Program-made: the position numbers and the translations under genes | Shown: positions 35,570-47,806 of the stretch, piece by piece | How the letters are laid out: the number at the start of each line of letters is the position of its first letter | Numbering within the stretch: the first letter of the stretch is position 1 | Notes under the pieces: generated by a model | Database searches by the model: none | Seen by the model: only the letters and a program-made list of their open reading frames with translations | What the model was told of the DNA's origin: nothing | Assembly: GCF_055900595.2 (NCBI RefSeq) | Contig: NZ_CM148325.1 | Strand: one strand, 5' to 3' | DNA: 64,000 nucleotides

Positions 35570-36318
35570 TGGCGGAACTCAGCGATCAGGAGATGCTGCG
35601 CTACAACCGGCAAATCATTCTGCGCGGTTTTGATTTTGACGGTCAGGAGGCGCTAAAAGATTCTCGTGTGCTGATCGTCGGCCTCGGTGGACTCGGCTGT
35701 GCAGCTTCGCAGTATCTGGCAAGCGCCGGTGTCGGCAACCTGACACTGCTCGACTTCGACACGGTTTCGCTCTCGAATCTGCAACGCCAGACTCTGCACA
35801 GTGATGCCACGGTCGGGCAACCGAAGGTGGAATCCGCCCGTGACGCCCTGACGCGGATCAACCCACATATTGCGATTACACCCGTCAATGCACTGCTAGA
35901 TGACGCAGAACTTGCAGCATTGATTGCTGAACACGATCTGGTGCTCGACTGTACGGATAACGTTGCGGTACGCAATCAACTGAACGCAGGCTGTTTTGCC
36001 GCAAAGGTGCCGCTGGTTTCCGGGGCGGCAATTCGTATGGAAGGGCAAATCACGGTCTTCACTTATCAGGACGGCGAGCCTTGCTACCGCTGCCTTAGCC
36101 GTTTGTTTGGCGAAAATGCGTTAACCTGCGTAGAAGCAGGCGTGATGGCACCGTTGATCGGGGTGATTGGTTCGTTGCAGGCAATGGAGGCGATCAAACT
36201 GCTGGCAGGTTATGGCAAACCTGCCAGCGGCAAAATCATCATGTACGATGCGATGACTTGCCAGTTTCGCGAAATGAAACTGATGCGTAATCCGGGGTGC
36301 GAGGTGTGCGGGCAGTAA
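35569..36318 (+). CDS. moeB: molybdopterin-synthase adenylyltransferase MoeB
   Basis: 249 aa; ThiF/MoeB Rossmann GLGGLG motif and C-terminal CxxC pairs; start overlaps moeA stop. Confidence 0.94.
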   Translation: MAELSDQEMLRYNRQIILRGFDFDGQEALKDSRVLIVGLGGLGCAASQYLASAGVGNLTLLDFDTVSLSNLQRQTLHSDATVGQPKVESARDALTRINPHIAITPVNALLDDAELAALIAEHDLVLDCTDNVAVRNQLNAGCFAAKVPLVSGAAIRMEGQITVFTYQDGEPCYRCLSRLFGENALTCVEAGVMAPLIGVIGSLQAMEAIKLLAGYGKPASGKIIMYDAMTCQFREMKLMRNPGCEVCGQ

Positions 36319-36331
36319 TTGCCAGCCCCAG

Positions 36332-36411
36332 GCCTGATAAGTCGCGGCAAGCGTCGCATCAGGCATTTGCTCCAGACGCCAGATGCGGCGTGAACGCCTT
36401 ATCTGGCCTAC
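36332..36411. repeat. REP element cluster
   Basis: GCCTGATAAGTCGCGGCAAGCGTCGCATCAGGC and GCCAGATGCGGCGTGAACGCCTTATCTGGCCTAC. Confidence 0.8.
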
Positions 36412-36496
36412 GGTTCGGGCGCAGATTTCCAGGCGCGGCAAGCGTTGGTGCACTCCACCATGTCATCAGCAATTGATGAGGATGCAGAACGTCCGG

Positions 36497-37159
36497 TTAA
36501 ATCGACGTTCTGCCAAAAGCCCCCTGCCAGTCCTGCTCAAACTTCGCCACGGCGGCATCAACTGCCGGATAGCTAATCATCTGCTGCGCCACATCCAGTG
36601 GCAGCGTGATTGATTCACATCCTGCCAGTAAGCAATCCAGCGCCTGACGCGGGGTTTTAAAACTCGCGGCTAACACTTTCGCCTGCGGCGCATGCATTTT
36701 CAATAACTGGTGTAAATCGGTCACAGTTTGAATACCGCTACCGCCCTGAGCATCAATTCGGTTGACGTAAGGTGCAACGTACTCCGCACCTGCCAGCGCC
36801 GACAGCAGCCCTTGTGCCGCGCCATACACTGCCGTACCCAGCGTCGGAATACCTTCTGCTTTTAACATTTTAATAGCAGCCAGCCCCTCGGCAGTCACCG
36901 GAACTTTCACCACGATATCTGCAATAATAGAACGCAGTTGACGTGCATCATTCACCATCCCTTCGGCAGTGGTAGCCATTACCTGGGCAAACAGACGCCC
37001 CTGACCGCCCATCGCTTCGTGAAGCTCCGGAAGTACCACCTCCAGCGGTTTTTTACCCGCGGCGATAATACTTGGGTTAGTGGTCACACCCGCCAGCGGA
37101 AAAATACGTGACAGTGTCTTCACCGCAACAACGTCTGAAGTATCCAGATACAGTTCCAT
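36497..37159 (-). CDS. fsaA: fructose-6-phosphate aldolase 1
   Basis: 220 aa from ATG at 37159 ([14 protein letters not shown]...), transaldolase-like. Confidence 0.92.
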   Translation of the reverse strand: MELYLDTSDVVAVKTLSRIFPLAGVTTNPSIIAAGKKPLEVVLPELHEAMGGQGRLFAQVMATTAEGMVNDARQLRSIIADIVVKVPVTAEGLAAIKMLKAEGIPTLGTAVYGAAQGLLSALAGAEYVAPYVNRIDAQGGSGIQTVTDLHQLLKMHAPQAKVLAASFKTPRQALDCLLAGCESITLPLDVAQQMISYPAVDAAVAKFEQDWQGAFGRTSI

Positions 37160-37289
37160 AACCATCCTCAAAATGTACTTTTTGTCTGAATGTAGACTAT
37201 CACGGGAAAACTCTCTGAACAGTTGACGCACATCAATCTAACTTTCATTCGAAAGTATTTTAATGTTTGAACGAAACAGAGAGGCAACT

Positions 37290-38189
37290 ATGATTTTCAA
37301 TATTCAGCGCTACTCGACCCATGACGGCCCCGGTATCCGCACGGTCGTTTTTCTTAAAGGCTGTTCACTGGGCTGCCGCTGGTGTCAGAACCCGGAAAGC
37401 CGCGCCCGCACGCAGGATCTGCTGTATGACGCACGTCTGTGCCTGGAAGGCTGCGAGCTGTGCGCTAAGGCCGCGCCGGAAGCGATTGAGCGCGCGCTGA
37501 ATGGTTTGCTTATTCATCGGGAAAAGTTAACCCCGGAGCATCTGACGGCGTTAACCGACTGCTGCCCGACACAGGCGTTAACCGTGTGTGGTGAAGTGAA
37601 AAGCGTTGAGGAGATCATGGCGACCGTTCTGCGCGACAAACCGTTTTACGATCGCAGCGGCGGCGGCTTAACGCTTTCCGGTGGTGAGCCGTTTATGCAG
37701 CCGGAAATGGCGATGGGGCTACTGCAAACCAGCCACGAAGCCGGTATTCATACTGCGGTAGAAACCTGTCTGCATGTGCCGTGGAAATACATCGCCCCTT
37801 CTCTGCCGTATATCGATCTGTTTCTTGCCGATTTAAAACACGTTGCCGACGTGCCGTTTAAACAGTGGACCGACGGTAACGCCGCCAGAGTGCTGGATAA
37901 CCTGAAAAAACTCGCAGCGGCGGGGAAAAAAATCATCATCCGCGTGCCGTTGATACAGGGCTTTAATGCCGATGAAACCTCTGTGAAAGCCATTACCGAT
38001 TTTGCCGCCGACGAGCTGCACGTCGGCGAAATTCATTTCCTGCCCTACCACACGTTGGGCATCAACAAATATCACTTACTTAATCTGCCCTATGACGCCC
38101 CGGAAAAACCGCTTGATGCGCCAGAACTGCTCGACTTTGCCCTGCAGTATGCCTGCCAGAAAGGGTTAACCGCGACCTTACGAGGATAA
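37290..38189 (+). CDS. ybiY: glycyl-radical enzyme activating protein YbiY (PflE)
   Basis: 299 aa from ATG at 37290; radical SAM CxxxCxxC (CSLGCRWC) plus extra Cys-rich ferredoxin-like insert. Confidence 0.9.
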   Translation: MIFNIQRYSTHDGPGIRTVVFLKGCSLGCRWCQNPESRARTQDLLYDARLCLEGCELCAKAAPEAIERALNGLLIHREKLTPEHLTALTDCCPTQALTVCGEVKSVEEIMATVLRDKPFYDRSGGGLTLSGGEPFMQPEMAMGLLQTSHEAGIHTAVETCLHVPWKYIAPSLPYIDLFLADLKHVADVPFKQWTDGNAARVLDNLKKLAAAGKKIIIRVPLIQGFNADETSVKAITDFAADELHVGEIHFLPYHTLGINKYHLLNLPYDAPEKPLDAPELLDFALQYACQKGLTATLRG

Positions 38190-38194
38190 CAACC

Positions 38195-40627
38195 ATGACC
38201 ACACTGAAACTGGACACGCTCAGCGACCGCATTAAAGCGCACAAAAATGCGCTGGTGAATATTGTGAAACCGCCGGTCTGTACCGAGCGCGCGCAGCACT
38301 ATACCGAGATGTATCAACAACATCTCGATAAGCCGATCCCGGTACGTCGCGCGCTGGCGCTGGCCCATCACCTGGCGAATCGCACCATCTGGATCAAACA
38401 CGATGAGTTGATCATCGGCAACCAGGCCAGCGAAGTTCGCGCCGCGCCGATCTTCCCGGAATATACCGTCTCCTGGATCGAAAAAGAGATTGATGATCTG
38501 GCGGATCGTCCGGGTGCAGGTTTTGCGGTGAGCGAAGAGAACAAACGCGTTCTGCATGAAGTGTGCCCTTGGTGGCGCGGTCAGACGGTACAGGATCGCT
38601 GCTATGGCATGTTTACCGATGAGCAAAAAGGCCTGCTGGCGACCGGTATCATTAAAGCGGAAGGTAATATGACCTCCGGCGATGCGCACCTGGCGGTCAA
38701 TTTCCCACTGTTGCTGGAAAAAGGGCTTGATGGTCTGCGCGAGAAAGTGGCGGAGCGCCGCATGCGTATTAACCTGACCGTGCTGGAAGATCTGCACGGC
38801 GAGCAGTTCCTGAAAGCGATTGATATCGTGTTGGTGGCGGTCAGTGAACATATTGAACGTTTCGCTGCCCTGGCGCGTGAAATGGCCGCTACCGAACCCC
38901 GCGAAAGCCGTCGCGATGAACTGCTGGCGATGGCCGAAAACTGCGACCTTATCGCCCACCAGCCGCCGCAGACTTTCTGGCAGGCGCTGCAACTGTGCTA
39001 CTTCATCCAGTTGATTTTGCAGATCGAATCCAACGGACACTCGGTATCGTTTGGTCGTATGGACCAGTATCTCTACCCGTACTATCGCCGTGATGTTGAA
39101 CTGAACCAGACACTGGATCGTGAACACGCCATCGAGATGCTGCATAGCTGCTGGTTAAAATTGCTGGAAGTGAACAAGATCCGCTCCGGCTCACACTCAA
39201 AAGCCTCTGCGGGAAGTCCGCTGTATCAGAACGTCACCATTGGCGGGCAAAATCTGGTTGATGGTCAACCAATGGACGCGGTGAATCCACTCTCTTACGC
39301 GATCCTCGAATCCTGCGGTCGCCTGCGTTCGACGCAGCCTAACCTCAGCGTGCGCTACCACGCGGGAATGAGTAACGATTTCCTCGATGCCTGTGTGCAG
39401 GTGATCCGCTGCGGCTTCGGGATGCCGGCGTTCAACAACGACGAAATTGTCATCCCGGAATTTATTAAACTCGGTATTGAACCGCAGGACGCTTACGACT
39501 ACGCAGCGATTGGTTGTATCGAAACCGCCGTCGGTGGCAAATGGGGCTATCGCTGCACCGGGATGAGCTTTATCAACTTCGCCCGCGTGATGCTGGCGGC
39601 GCTGGAAGGCGGTCGTGATGCCACCAGCGGCAAAGTGTTCCTGCCACAAGAAAAAGCGTTGTCAGCGGGTAACTTCAACAACTTCGATGAAGTGATGGAC
39701 GCGTGGGACACGCAAATCCGTTACTACACCCGTAAATCAATCGAAATCGAATATGTCGTCGACACCATGCTGGAAGAGAACGTGCACGATATTCTCTGCT
39801 CGGCGCTGGTGGATGACTGCATTGAGCGAGCGAAAAGTATCAAGCAAGGCGGCGCGAAATATGACTGGGTATCGGGCCTGCAGGTCGGCATTGCTAACCT
39901 CGGCAACAGCCTGGCGGCAGTGAAGAAACTGGTGTTTGAACAGGGCGCGATTGGTCAGCAACAACTGGCTGCCGCACTGGCGGATGACTTCGACGGCCTG
40001 ACGCACGAGCAGCTGCGTCAGCGGCTGATTAACGGCGCGCCGAAGTACGGCAACGACGATGATACTGTCGATACGCTGCTGGCTCGCGCTTATCAGACCT
40101 ATATCGACGAACTGAAGCAGTACCATAATCCGCGCTACGGTCGTGGTCCGATTGGCGGCAACTATTACGCAGGTACGTCGTCTATCTCCGCTAACGTACC
40201 GTTTGGCGCGCAGACTATGGCAACGCCGGACGGGCGTAAAGCCCACACCCCGCTGGCAGAAGGCGCAAGCCCGGCTTCCGGTACTGATCATCTTGGCCCT
40301 ACTGCGGTCATTGGCTCGGTGGGTAAACTGCCTACGGCAGCGATTCTCGGCGGCGTGTTGCTCAACCAGAAACTGAATCCGGCAACGCTGGAGAACGAAT
40401 CTGACAAGCAGAAACTGATGATCCTGCTACGTACCTTCTTTGAGGTGCATAAAGGCTGGCATATTCAGTACAACATCGTTTCCCGCGAAACGCTGCTGGA
40501 AGCGAAAAAACATCCGGATCAGTACCGCGATCTGGTGGTGCGCGTAGCGGGTTATTCCGCCTTCTTCACTGCGCTCTCTCCAGACGCACAGGACGATATC
40601 ATCGCCCGTACTGAACATATGCTGTAA
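38195..40627 (+). CDS. ybiW: glycyl radical enzyme YbiW (PflF, pyruvate formate-lyase-like)
   Basis: 810 aa; C-terminal glycyl radical motif RVAGYSA; immediately downstream of its activase. Confidence 0.92.
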   Translation: MTTLKLDTLSDRIKAHKNALVNIVKPPVCTERAQHYTEMYQQHLDKPIPVRRALALAHHLANRTIWIKHDELIIGNQASEVRAAPIFPEYTVSWIEKEIDDLADRPGAGFAVSEENKRVLHEVCPWWRGQTVQDRCYGMFTDEQKGLLATGIIKAEGNMTSGDAHLAVNFPLLLEKGLDGLREKVAERRMRINLTVLEDLHGEQFLKAIDIVLVAVSEHIERFAALAREMAATEPRESRRDELLAMAENCDLIAHQPPQTFWQALQLCYFIQLILQIESNGHSVSFGRMDQYLYPYYRRDVELNQTLDREHAIEMLHSCWLKLLEVNKIRSGSHSKASAGSPLYQNVTIGGQNLVDGQPMDAVNPLSYAILESCGRLRSTQPNLSVRYHAGMSNDFLDACVQVIRCGFGMPAFNNDEIVIPEFIKLGIEPQDAYDYAAIGCIETAVGGKWGYRCTGMSFINFARVMLAALEGGRDATSGKVFLPQEKALSAGNFNNFDEVMDAWDTQIRYYTRKSIEIEYVVDTMLEENVHDILCSALVDDCIERAKSIKQGGAKYDWVSGLQVGIANLGNSLAAVKKLVFEQGAIGQQQLAAALADDFDGLTHEQLRQRLINGAPKYGNDDDTVDTLLARAYQTYIDELKQYHNPRYGRGPIGGNYYAGTSSISANVPFGAQTMATPDGRKAHTPLAEGASPASGTDHLGPTAVIGSVGKLPTAAILGGVLLNQKLNPATLENESDKQKLMILLRTFFEVHKGWHIQYNIVSRETLLEAKKHPDQYRDLVVRVAGYSAFFTALSPDAQDDIIARTEHML

Positions 40628-40772
40628 TCTCCTTCGCCCGGCGGCGTCGTCGCCGGGCCAAATCATTCACATCATCAATTCCGCTCTCACTTTCATTCGA
40701 AATATAATTTGTGCTCTGCGTCACATTGTTATTACACTGTTACGGTTTCATTTTCGAGCCAGGAGCACACCT

Positions 40773-41588
40773 ATGAGCGTAAAAGTTATCGTCACAGACA
40801 TGGACGGTACTTTTCTTAACGACGCCAAAACGTACAACCAACCACGTTTTATGGCGCAGTATCAGGAACTTAAAAAGCGCGGCATTGAGTTCGTTGTCGC
40901 CAGCGGTAATCAGTATTACCAGCTTATTTCGTTCTTTCCTGAGCTAAAGGATGAGATCTCTTTTGTCGCGGAAAACGGCGCACTGGTTTACGAACATGGC
41001 AAGCAACTGTTCCACGGCGAACTGACCCGACATGAATCAAGAGTTGTCATTGGTGAACTGCTGAAAGACAAGCAGCTCAATTTTGTTGCCTGCGGTTTGC
41101 AAAGCGCGTATGTCAGTGAGAATGCGCCAGAAGCATTCGTCGCGCTAATGGCAAAACACTACCATCGTCTGAAACCTGTGAAAGATTACCAGGATATTGA
41201 TGATGTACTGTTCAAGTTTTCGCTCAACCTGCCTGACGAACAAATCCCGTTAGTGATCGACAAACTGCATATTACGCTCGATGGCATTATGAAGCCGGTT
41301 ACCAGTGGTTTTGGCTTTATCGACCTGATTATTCCTGGCCTGCATAAAGCGAATGGTATTTCGCGGTTACTGAAACGCTGGGATCTGTCACCGCAAAATG
41401 TGGTAGCGATTGGCGACAGCGGTAACGATGCGGAGATGCTGAAAATGGCGCGTTATTCCTTTGCGATGGGCAATGCTGCGGAAAACATTAAACAAATCTC
41501 CCGTTACGCTACCGATGATAATAATCATGAAGGCGCGCTGAATGTGATTCAGGCGGTGCTGGATAACACCGCTCCTTTCAATAAGTAA
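40773..41588 (+). CDS. ybiV: HAD-family sugar phosphatase YbiV (SupH)
   Basis: 271 aa; DMDGTF motif; clear paralog of YbjI. Confidence 0.92.
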   Translation: MSVKVIVTDMDGTFLNDAKTYNQPRFMAQYQELKKRGIEFVVASGNQYYQLISFFPELKDEISFVAENGALVYEHGKQLFHGELTRHESRVVIGELLKDKQLNFVACGLQSAYVSENAPEAFVALMAKHYHRLKPVKDYQDIDDVLFKFSLNLPDEQIPLVIDKLHITLDGIMKPVTSGFGFIDLIIPGLHKANGISRLLKRWDLSPQNVVAIGDSGNDAEMLKMARYSFAMGNAAENIKQISRYATDDNNHEGALNVIQAVLDNTAPFNK

Positions 41589-41739
41589 CCTTTTCCCGGC
41601 CGGAGCAATCGTTCCGGCATCTCTCTTTTTTGCTCACTTTGTGCACTTACTCAAGATTTTCATCTTGCGTTAACTTATTTTTAACTTAAAGTATCAATCA
41701 TAACTATTTTTACTTTCGAACGAAAGTTGTGAGGTTGAT

Positions 41740-42999
41740 ATGACTTTTACCTATGAGACACTGCCAACAGATGCGAAAACGGCTATCCGTAAGATGAAAG
41801 CGGAGCTGCGACAACAGATCGGCGATTTACAACAGGTCTTCGATAAACTCTCTGCAAAAATCGAAGCACGTGTAGCAGAAATAGACGCCCTCAAAGGGCA
41901 AGGATTACCGGTTTGGCCGGAAGTCCCATATAGCGACGTTGCAGCAGGTACAGTGAGTGAAGCCACGCGCAATGAAATTAAACGTCGCGGCTGTGCAGTA
42001 ATTAAAGGCCATTTCCCCCGCGAACAGGCACTGGCATGGGATCGCGCAATGCTTGACTATCTTGATGCCAATCATTTTGATGATGTTTATAAAGGTCCCG
42101 GCGACAGCTTCTTTGGATCGCTGGAGGCATCTCGTCCTGAAATCTACCCTATTTACTGGTCGCAGGCACAAATGCAGGCGCGACAAAGTGACAATATGGC
42201 GGCGGTGCAATCTTTCCTTAACCGCCTGTGGAAGTCTGAAAGCAACGGCAGGCAGTGGTTTGATCCCGATATTAGCGTGATCTATCCGGACAGGATCCGC
42301 CGCCGCCCACCAGGCACGACGTCTAAAGGTCTGGGTGCACACACTGATTCTGGGGCGCTGGAACGTTGGTTATTACCCGCTTATCAGCGTGTTTTTGCCC
42401 ATGTTTTCAACGGTAATGTCGACGATTACGATCCGTGGGATGCTGCATACCGTACTGATGTTGAAGAGTACACGGTGGATAACACCACAAAATGTTCGGT
42501 GTTCCGCACTTTTCAAGGCTGGACGGCGCTTTCCGATATGTTACCAGGACAGGGATTATTGCATGTGGTGCCAATCCCGGAAGCGATGGCGTATGTTTTA
42601 TTGCGCCCACTGCTGGATGACGTACCGGACGATGAGTTGTGTGGGGTCGCTCCTGGCAAAGTTCTGCCCATTTCAGAGAAATGGCATCCACTACTGATTA
42701 AAGCACTCACTTCCATTCCAGCTATTACAGCGGGGGATTCCGTCTGGTGGCACTGCGACGTGATCCACTCCGTCGCACCGGTAAATAATCAACAAGGCTG
42801 GGGGAATGTGATGTATATCCCTGCCGCGCCGATGTGTGAGAAAAACCGGGCTTATGCGCATAACGTTAGGAAAGCACTGGAAAAAGGGGCATCACCGGGC
42901 GATTTCCCTCGAGAAGATTATGAAGCAAACTGGGATGGCCGATTTACGCTGGATGATCTGAACAATCACGGTAAGCGCGCGCTGGGCATGGATGTTTGA
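41740..42999 (+). CDS. ybiU: DUF1479 family protein YbiU
   Basis: 419 aa ORF in the expected position; exact start not verified. Confidence 0.85.
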   Translation: MTFTYETLPTDAKTAIRKMKAELRQQIGDLQQVFDKLSAKIEARVAEIDALKGQGLPVWPEVPYSDVAAGTVSEATRNEIKRRGCAVIKGHFPREQALAWDRAMLDYLDANHFDDVYKGPGDSFFGSLEASRPEIYPIYWSQAQMQARQSDNMAAVQSFLNRLWKSESNGRQWFDPDISVIYPDRIRRRPPGTTSKGLGAHTDSGALERWLLPAYQRVFAHVFNGNVDDYDPWDAAYRTDVEEYTVDNTTKCSVFRTFQGWTALSDMLPGQGLLHVVPIPEAMAYVLLRPLLDDVPDDELCGVAPGKVLPISEKWHPLLIKALTSIPAITAGDSVWWHCDVIHSVAPVNNQQGWGNVMYIPAAPMCEKNRAYAHNVRKALEKGASPGDFPREDYEANWDGRFTLDDLNNHGKRALGMDV

Positions 43000-43089
43000 G
43001 AGGTGATGGATTAGTAGAAGTGAATTGATGTGAGGTTAAGAAAGCAGGTTCGGTGTTGCTCAGATTGCTGACAAAGTGCGCTTTGTTCA

Positions 43090-43187
43090 TGCCGGATGCG
43101 GCGTGACTGTCTTATCCGACCTACAAAATCATGCAAATTCAATATATTGCGATACACTGTCAGGCCTGATAAGCGTAGCGCATCAGG
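43090..43187. repeat. REP element cluster
   Basis: GCCGGATGCGGCGTGACTGTCTTATCCGACCTAC and TCAGGCCTGATAAGCGTAGCGCATCAGGC. Confidence 0.8.
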
Positions 43188-43248
43188 CAATTTTGCATTT
43201 GTCATCAGTTTCAGTAGCCCTGACCCTATCAGGGCTACTGATAATAAC

Positions 43249-44841
43249 TTACTCGATCCCTTTACTACGCAGGTAATCTTCGTAATTACCGCTAAAGTCG
43301 ATCACGCGTTCCGGGGTGATTTCCAGAATTCGGGTCGCCAGGGAGCTTACAAACTCACGGTCGTGAGAAACAAAGATCAGCGTGCCCTGATACAGTTCCA
43401 GCGCCATGTTCAGCGACTCAATGGATTCCATATCAAGGTGGTTGGTCGGTTCGTCCATGATCAGAATGTTCGGCTTCTGCATCATTAACTTACCAAACAG
43501 CATCCGCCCTTTTTCTCCACCGGAAAGCACTTTCGCTGGCTTTTTGATGTCGTCCTGGCTGAACAGCAAACGACCGAGAATGCTGCGTACCGCCTGCTCG
43601 TCATCGCCTTCCTGCTTCCACTGACTCATCCATTCGAATACGGTCAGATCATTTTCGAACTCATATTCGTGGTCCTGAGCATAGTAACCAATGCGCGCGT
43701 TTTCAGACCATTTTACGGTGCCACTGTCCGGTTGCAGATCGCCCACCAACGTTTTCAGCAGCGTTGATTTACCGACGCCGTTGGTACCCAATACCGCCAG
43801 TTTTTCGCCCACTTCCAGCAGCAGGTTGAGATTTTTAAACAGGGGACCGTTATCAAACCCTTTGGTCAGACCTTCCACTTCCAGCGCGTTACGGAACAGT
43901 TTCTTATCCTGTTCAAAACGGATGAACGGGTTCTGACGGCTGGAGGCTTTCACCTCTTCAAGTTTGATTTTATCAATCTGGCGTGCGCGCGAAGTTGCCT
44001 GGCGAGATTTCGAGGCGTTGGCACTAAAGCGGCTAACGAAAGATTGCAACTCAGCAATCTGCGCTTTCTTCTTGGCGTTATCAGCCAGCAGACGTTCACG
44101 CGCCTGAGTCGCCGCCGTCATGTACTCATCGTAGTTGCCCGGATAAACGCGCAGTTCACCGTAATCCAGATCCGCCATGTGGGTACAAACCATGTTAAGG
44201 AAGTGACGGTCGTGCGAGATGATGATCATGGTGCTGTCACGCTCGTTCAGCACCTGTTCCAGCCAACGAATGGTGTCGATGTCGAGGTTGTTGGTCGGTT
44301 CGTCGAGCAGGAGAATGTCCGGATCAGCAAACAGCGCCTGCGCCAGCAGCACACGCAGCTTCCAGCCAGGAGCAACTTCACTCATCGGGCCGTAGTGCTG
44401 TTCCACTGGAATTCCCACGCCAAGCAACAGTTCACCGGCGCGAGCTTCCGCAGAGTAACCGTCCATTTCGCCGTATTTCACTTCCAGATCGGCCACTTTA
44501 TAGCCGTCTTCTTCACTCATTTCCGGCAAAGCATAGATACGGTCGCGCTCCTGCTTCACTTCCCACAACTCTTTATGCCCCATGATCACCGTATCCAGCA
44601 CGGTGAACTCTTCAAAGGCAAACTGATCCTGACGCAATTTACCAATGCGCTCGTTGGGATCGAGGGAAACGTTACCCAGCGTCGGCTCTAAGTCGCCGCC
44701 GAGGATCTTCATAAAGGTGGATTTACCACTACCGTTCGCGCCAATCAGGCCGTAACGGTTGCCGCCGCCAAATTTGACGGAAATGTTTTCAAACAACGGC
44801 TTACTGCCGAACTGCATGGTGACGTTACTGGAAACTAACAC
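43249..44841 (-). CDS. ybiT: ABC-F family ATPase YbiT
   Basis: 530 aa with two ABC cassettes ([18 protein letters not shown]). Confidence 0.93.
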
Positions 44842-45059
44842 AGGCGTATCCTGAAAAGAGATATGACAAACCGCGTATTATGCCATAAGTCTGAAAGAAG
44901 ATCCCGTCCCCCGCTTAAGGTCTACACTCTTCCCAAAGGCAAAAAATGTGATTTCGTACACATCTGATTTCACTGTGAGCTGGAATGAACTTATAATGCG
45001 CTTCCAATACTCTAATATTCTCAACCCAATGGCCTGCCAGGCACAAAATCTCGCTTAAC

Positions 45060-45980
45060 ATGAATATGAAATTGAAAACATTATTCGCAGCGGCCTTCGC
45101 TGTTGTCGGCTTTTGCAGTACCGCCTCTGCGGTAACTTATCCTCTGCCAACCGACGGGAGTCGCCTGGTTGGTCAGAATCAGGTGATCACCATTCCTGAA
45201 GGTAACACTCAGCCGCTGGAGTATTTTGCCGCCGAGTACCAAATGGGTCTTTCCAACATGATGGAAGCTAACCCGGGTGTGGATACCTTCCTGCCGAAAG
45301 GCGGTACTGTACTGAACATTCCGCAGCAGCTGATCCTGCCGGATACCGTTCATGAAGGCATTGTCATTAACAGCGCAGAGATGCGTCTCTATTACTATCC
45401 GAAAGGCAGCAACACCGTTATCGTGCTGCCCATCGGCATTGGTCAGTTAGGCAAAGACACGCCTATCAACTGGACCACCAAAGTTGAGCGTAAAAAAGCA
45501 GGCCCTACCTGGACGCCGACCGCCAAAATGCACGCAGAGTACCGCGCTGCGGGCGAACCGCTTCCGGCTGTCGTTCCGGCAGGTCCGGATAACCCGATGG
45601 GGCTGTATGCACTCTACATCGGTCGCCTGTACGCTATCCATGGCACCAACGCCAACTTCGGTATCGGCCTGCGTGTAAGTCATGGTTGTGTGCGTCTGCG
45701 TAACGAAGACATCAAATTCCTGTTCGAGAAAGTGCCGGTCGGTACTCGCGTACAGTTTATTGATGAGCCGGTAAAAGCGACCACCGAGCCAGACGGCAGC
45801 CGTTATATTGAAGTCCATAACCCGCTGTCTACCACCGAAGCCCAGTTTGAAGGTCAGGAAATTGTGCCAATTACCCTGACCAAGAGCGTGCAGACAGTAA
45901 CTGGTCAGCCTGATGTGGATCAGGTCGTGCTGGATGAAGCGATCAAAAATCGTTCCGGGATGCCGGTTCGTCTGAATTAA
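45060..45980 (+). CDS. ldtB: L,D-transpeptidase LdtB (YbiS)
   Basis: 306 aa; signal peptide; YkuD catalytic SHGCVRL. Confidence 0.93.
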   Translation: MNMKLKTLFAAAFAVVGFCSTASAVTYPLPTDGSRLVGQNQVITIPEGNTQPLEYFAAEYQMGLSNMMEANPGVDTFLPKGGTVLNIPQQLILPDTVHEGIVINSAEMRLYYYPKGSNTVIVLPIGIGQLGKDTPINWTTKVERKKAGPTWTPTAKMHAEYRAAGEPLPAVVPAGPDNPMGLYALYIGRLYAIHGTNANFGIGLRVSHGCVRLRNEDIKFLFEKVPVGTRVQFIDEPVKATTEPDGSRYIEVHNPLSTTEAQFEGQEIVPITLTKSVQTVTGQPDVDQVVLDEAIKNRSGMPVRLN

Positions 45981-45998
45981 TCTTCAAAACTTAAATTA

Positions 45999-46027
45999 AA
46001 AGGCGGACTCATAATCCGCCTTTTTTA
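45999..46027. terminator. bidirectional rho-independent terminator between ldtB and ybiR
   Basis: stem AGGCGGA/TCCGCCT flanked by A-run and T-run. Confidence 0.75.
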
Positions 46028-46038
46028 TTTGCCAGCAC

Positions 46039-47157
46039 CTAGCTGGCCGGGAACATAACTAACAAAACGTATCCCACCAGCGCCGCCCACAACAGCATCG
46101 GTATCGAATAAAGATGAAAACGCCACCAGATACGGCGATCGTTCGCCATCCGTAATGCAATCAAATTTGCCAGCGATCCGGGTAATAAACCAAAGCCACC
46201 GACGTTTACCGCCCATGCCAGTAATAAAGACGGTGGCACATAATTGAGGAGCAAAATCGTGCTCGGCACATTACTGATCACCTGCGATAAACCAATTGCC
46301 GTTAACCATAATCCGGGTTCGGATAAATGGCTCACATTGCTCAACACGCCCTGCAAAGCTGGCAGTTGGGTCAGCAAATGGACGTCGATAAACATCGCCA
46401 TAAATACCAGCAGCAGCGTCCAGTCCACGCTGATCACCACGCGACGAGCCAGCAGCGCAAAGCCCGCCGCTACAATCACCAGTCCCCACAGCTCTTGTTT
46501 TAACTCCAGCGCCGTCAGAAAGACGATATACAGCCCCAGACAACTCCACACCAGCCGCGGTTTCCACTCAGGTGTTTGCGCCCCCGTATGATATTGCAGC
46601 GCCTTTCCAGGGAAACAACACCAGCACAGTAGCAGGAGTGTCAGCATCATTGCGCCAGCCAGCGGTGCCATTTGGGCAATAAACCCGGCAAACGAAAGAC
46701 CAGAACGACCCCAGATAAGAATATTTTGCGGGTTGCCAATCGGCGTCAGTAGCGAACCCGCATTGACTGCTAGCGCCTCAAAAATAATCAGTCGATTAAC
46801 CGGGATCTCACACAGTCTTTTTAGTGTGATTGTCAGCGGAACAACAATAAACAGCGCGACATCGTTGGTCAGAAATGTTGAAAGCAACGCCGCCGCCAGC
46901 ACCATAAACATTGCCAGCCGACGCTCAGTAGCAAAGCGGCGCACCATTTTGCGCCCCAGCACATCAAAATAACCGCTTAACTCCACACCTTTGGTCAGCA
47001 GCATCAGGCCACTGAGGGTGATGATAGTGTGCCAGTCGATAGCAGCAAGCCAGGATTTCGGTGCAAAGGGAACGAAAAAACTTAATCCGATGCCAACAAG
47101 AATTAATAACTGAAAAAAACGATCGCCTTGCAGCGTGCGTAAAAAAGGCAGGCTCAT
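46039..47157 (-). CDS. ybiR: inner membrane transporter YbiR (ArsB/NhaD superfamily)
   Basis: 372 aa polytopic membrane protein; start overlaps mntR stop. Confidence 0.9.
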
Positions 47158-47621
47158 TTGGCACCGTGTTTCTGGGTAAACAAACGAAAGGCATCCAGCG
47201 TCTCTTCACTGACATGGTGCTCCATGCCTTCCGCGTCGCGACGAGCGATTTCCGGGCTGACGCCCAACACCAACAAGAAATTTTCGACTATCTGATGTCG
47301 CTCGCGGCTTTCCTGCGCCAGTTTCTCTCCTTCTGCCGTTAAAAACACGCCACGCCAGGGGATCATTTCAATCAGCCCCATGGTTGCCAGTCGTTTGAGC
47401 ATTTTAGCCACCGTCGGTTGCGAAACGCCCAGACGAGCAGCCATGTCCACCTGACGAGCTTCCCCCACTTCCCTGATCAAGTCAGAAATCAGCTCAACGT
47501 AATCATCAATAAGCTCGCGCCGGTGTGCCTCTCTGACCTGGCGGAACCCTTCAACGTGCTCTTCCACATTCACTAACTGCGTCACTTTTTTTGCTGTTGG
47601 CGTACCTGCGCGACGACTCAT
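47154..47621 (-). CDS. mntR: manganese-responsive transcriptional regulator MntR
   Basis: 155 aa DtxR-family regulator. Confidence 0.93.
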
Positions 47622-47730
47622 TGTGCTTCCTCATTATGGTGACGCATACATAGCGTTCTCATTTCGTGTGCACATTGTAAACCAGAGTTGCGAAGGTACA
47701 AAAAATTAACGTTTTAGCAATAGCTATATA

Positions 47731-47746
47731 ATATAGCCTGTGCTAT
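47731..47746. promoter_or_regulatory. putative MntR operator upstream of mntS
   Basis: palindrome TATAGC-CTGT-GCTATA resembling the ATAGC-N4-GCTAT core of MntR boxes, about 60 bp upstream of the mntS ATG. Confidence 0.45.
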
Positions 47747-47806
47747 ATCTGTATGTAATGCAATCATCTCTCAAGGATCGACGGGATTAGCAAGTCAGGA
47801 GGTCTT

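Noticed and set aside
38090-39145. 351-aa ORF on the minus strand
   Set aside because: Lies entirely antisense within ybiW, a well-supported 810-aa gene; no RBS or recognisable motifs; typical spurious antisense ORF.
43212-43239. Hairpin AGTAGCCCTGA...TCAGGGCTACT near ybiT 3' end
   Set aside because: Good stem but no U-tract on either strand; cannot be called a terminator; may be part of the adjacent REP cluster.
44044-44691. 215-aa ORF on the plus strand
   Set aside because: Antisense to ybiT; no start context; spurious.
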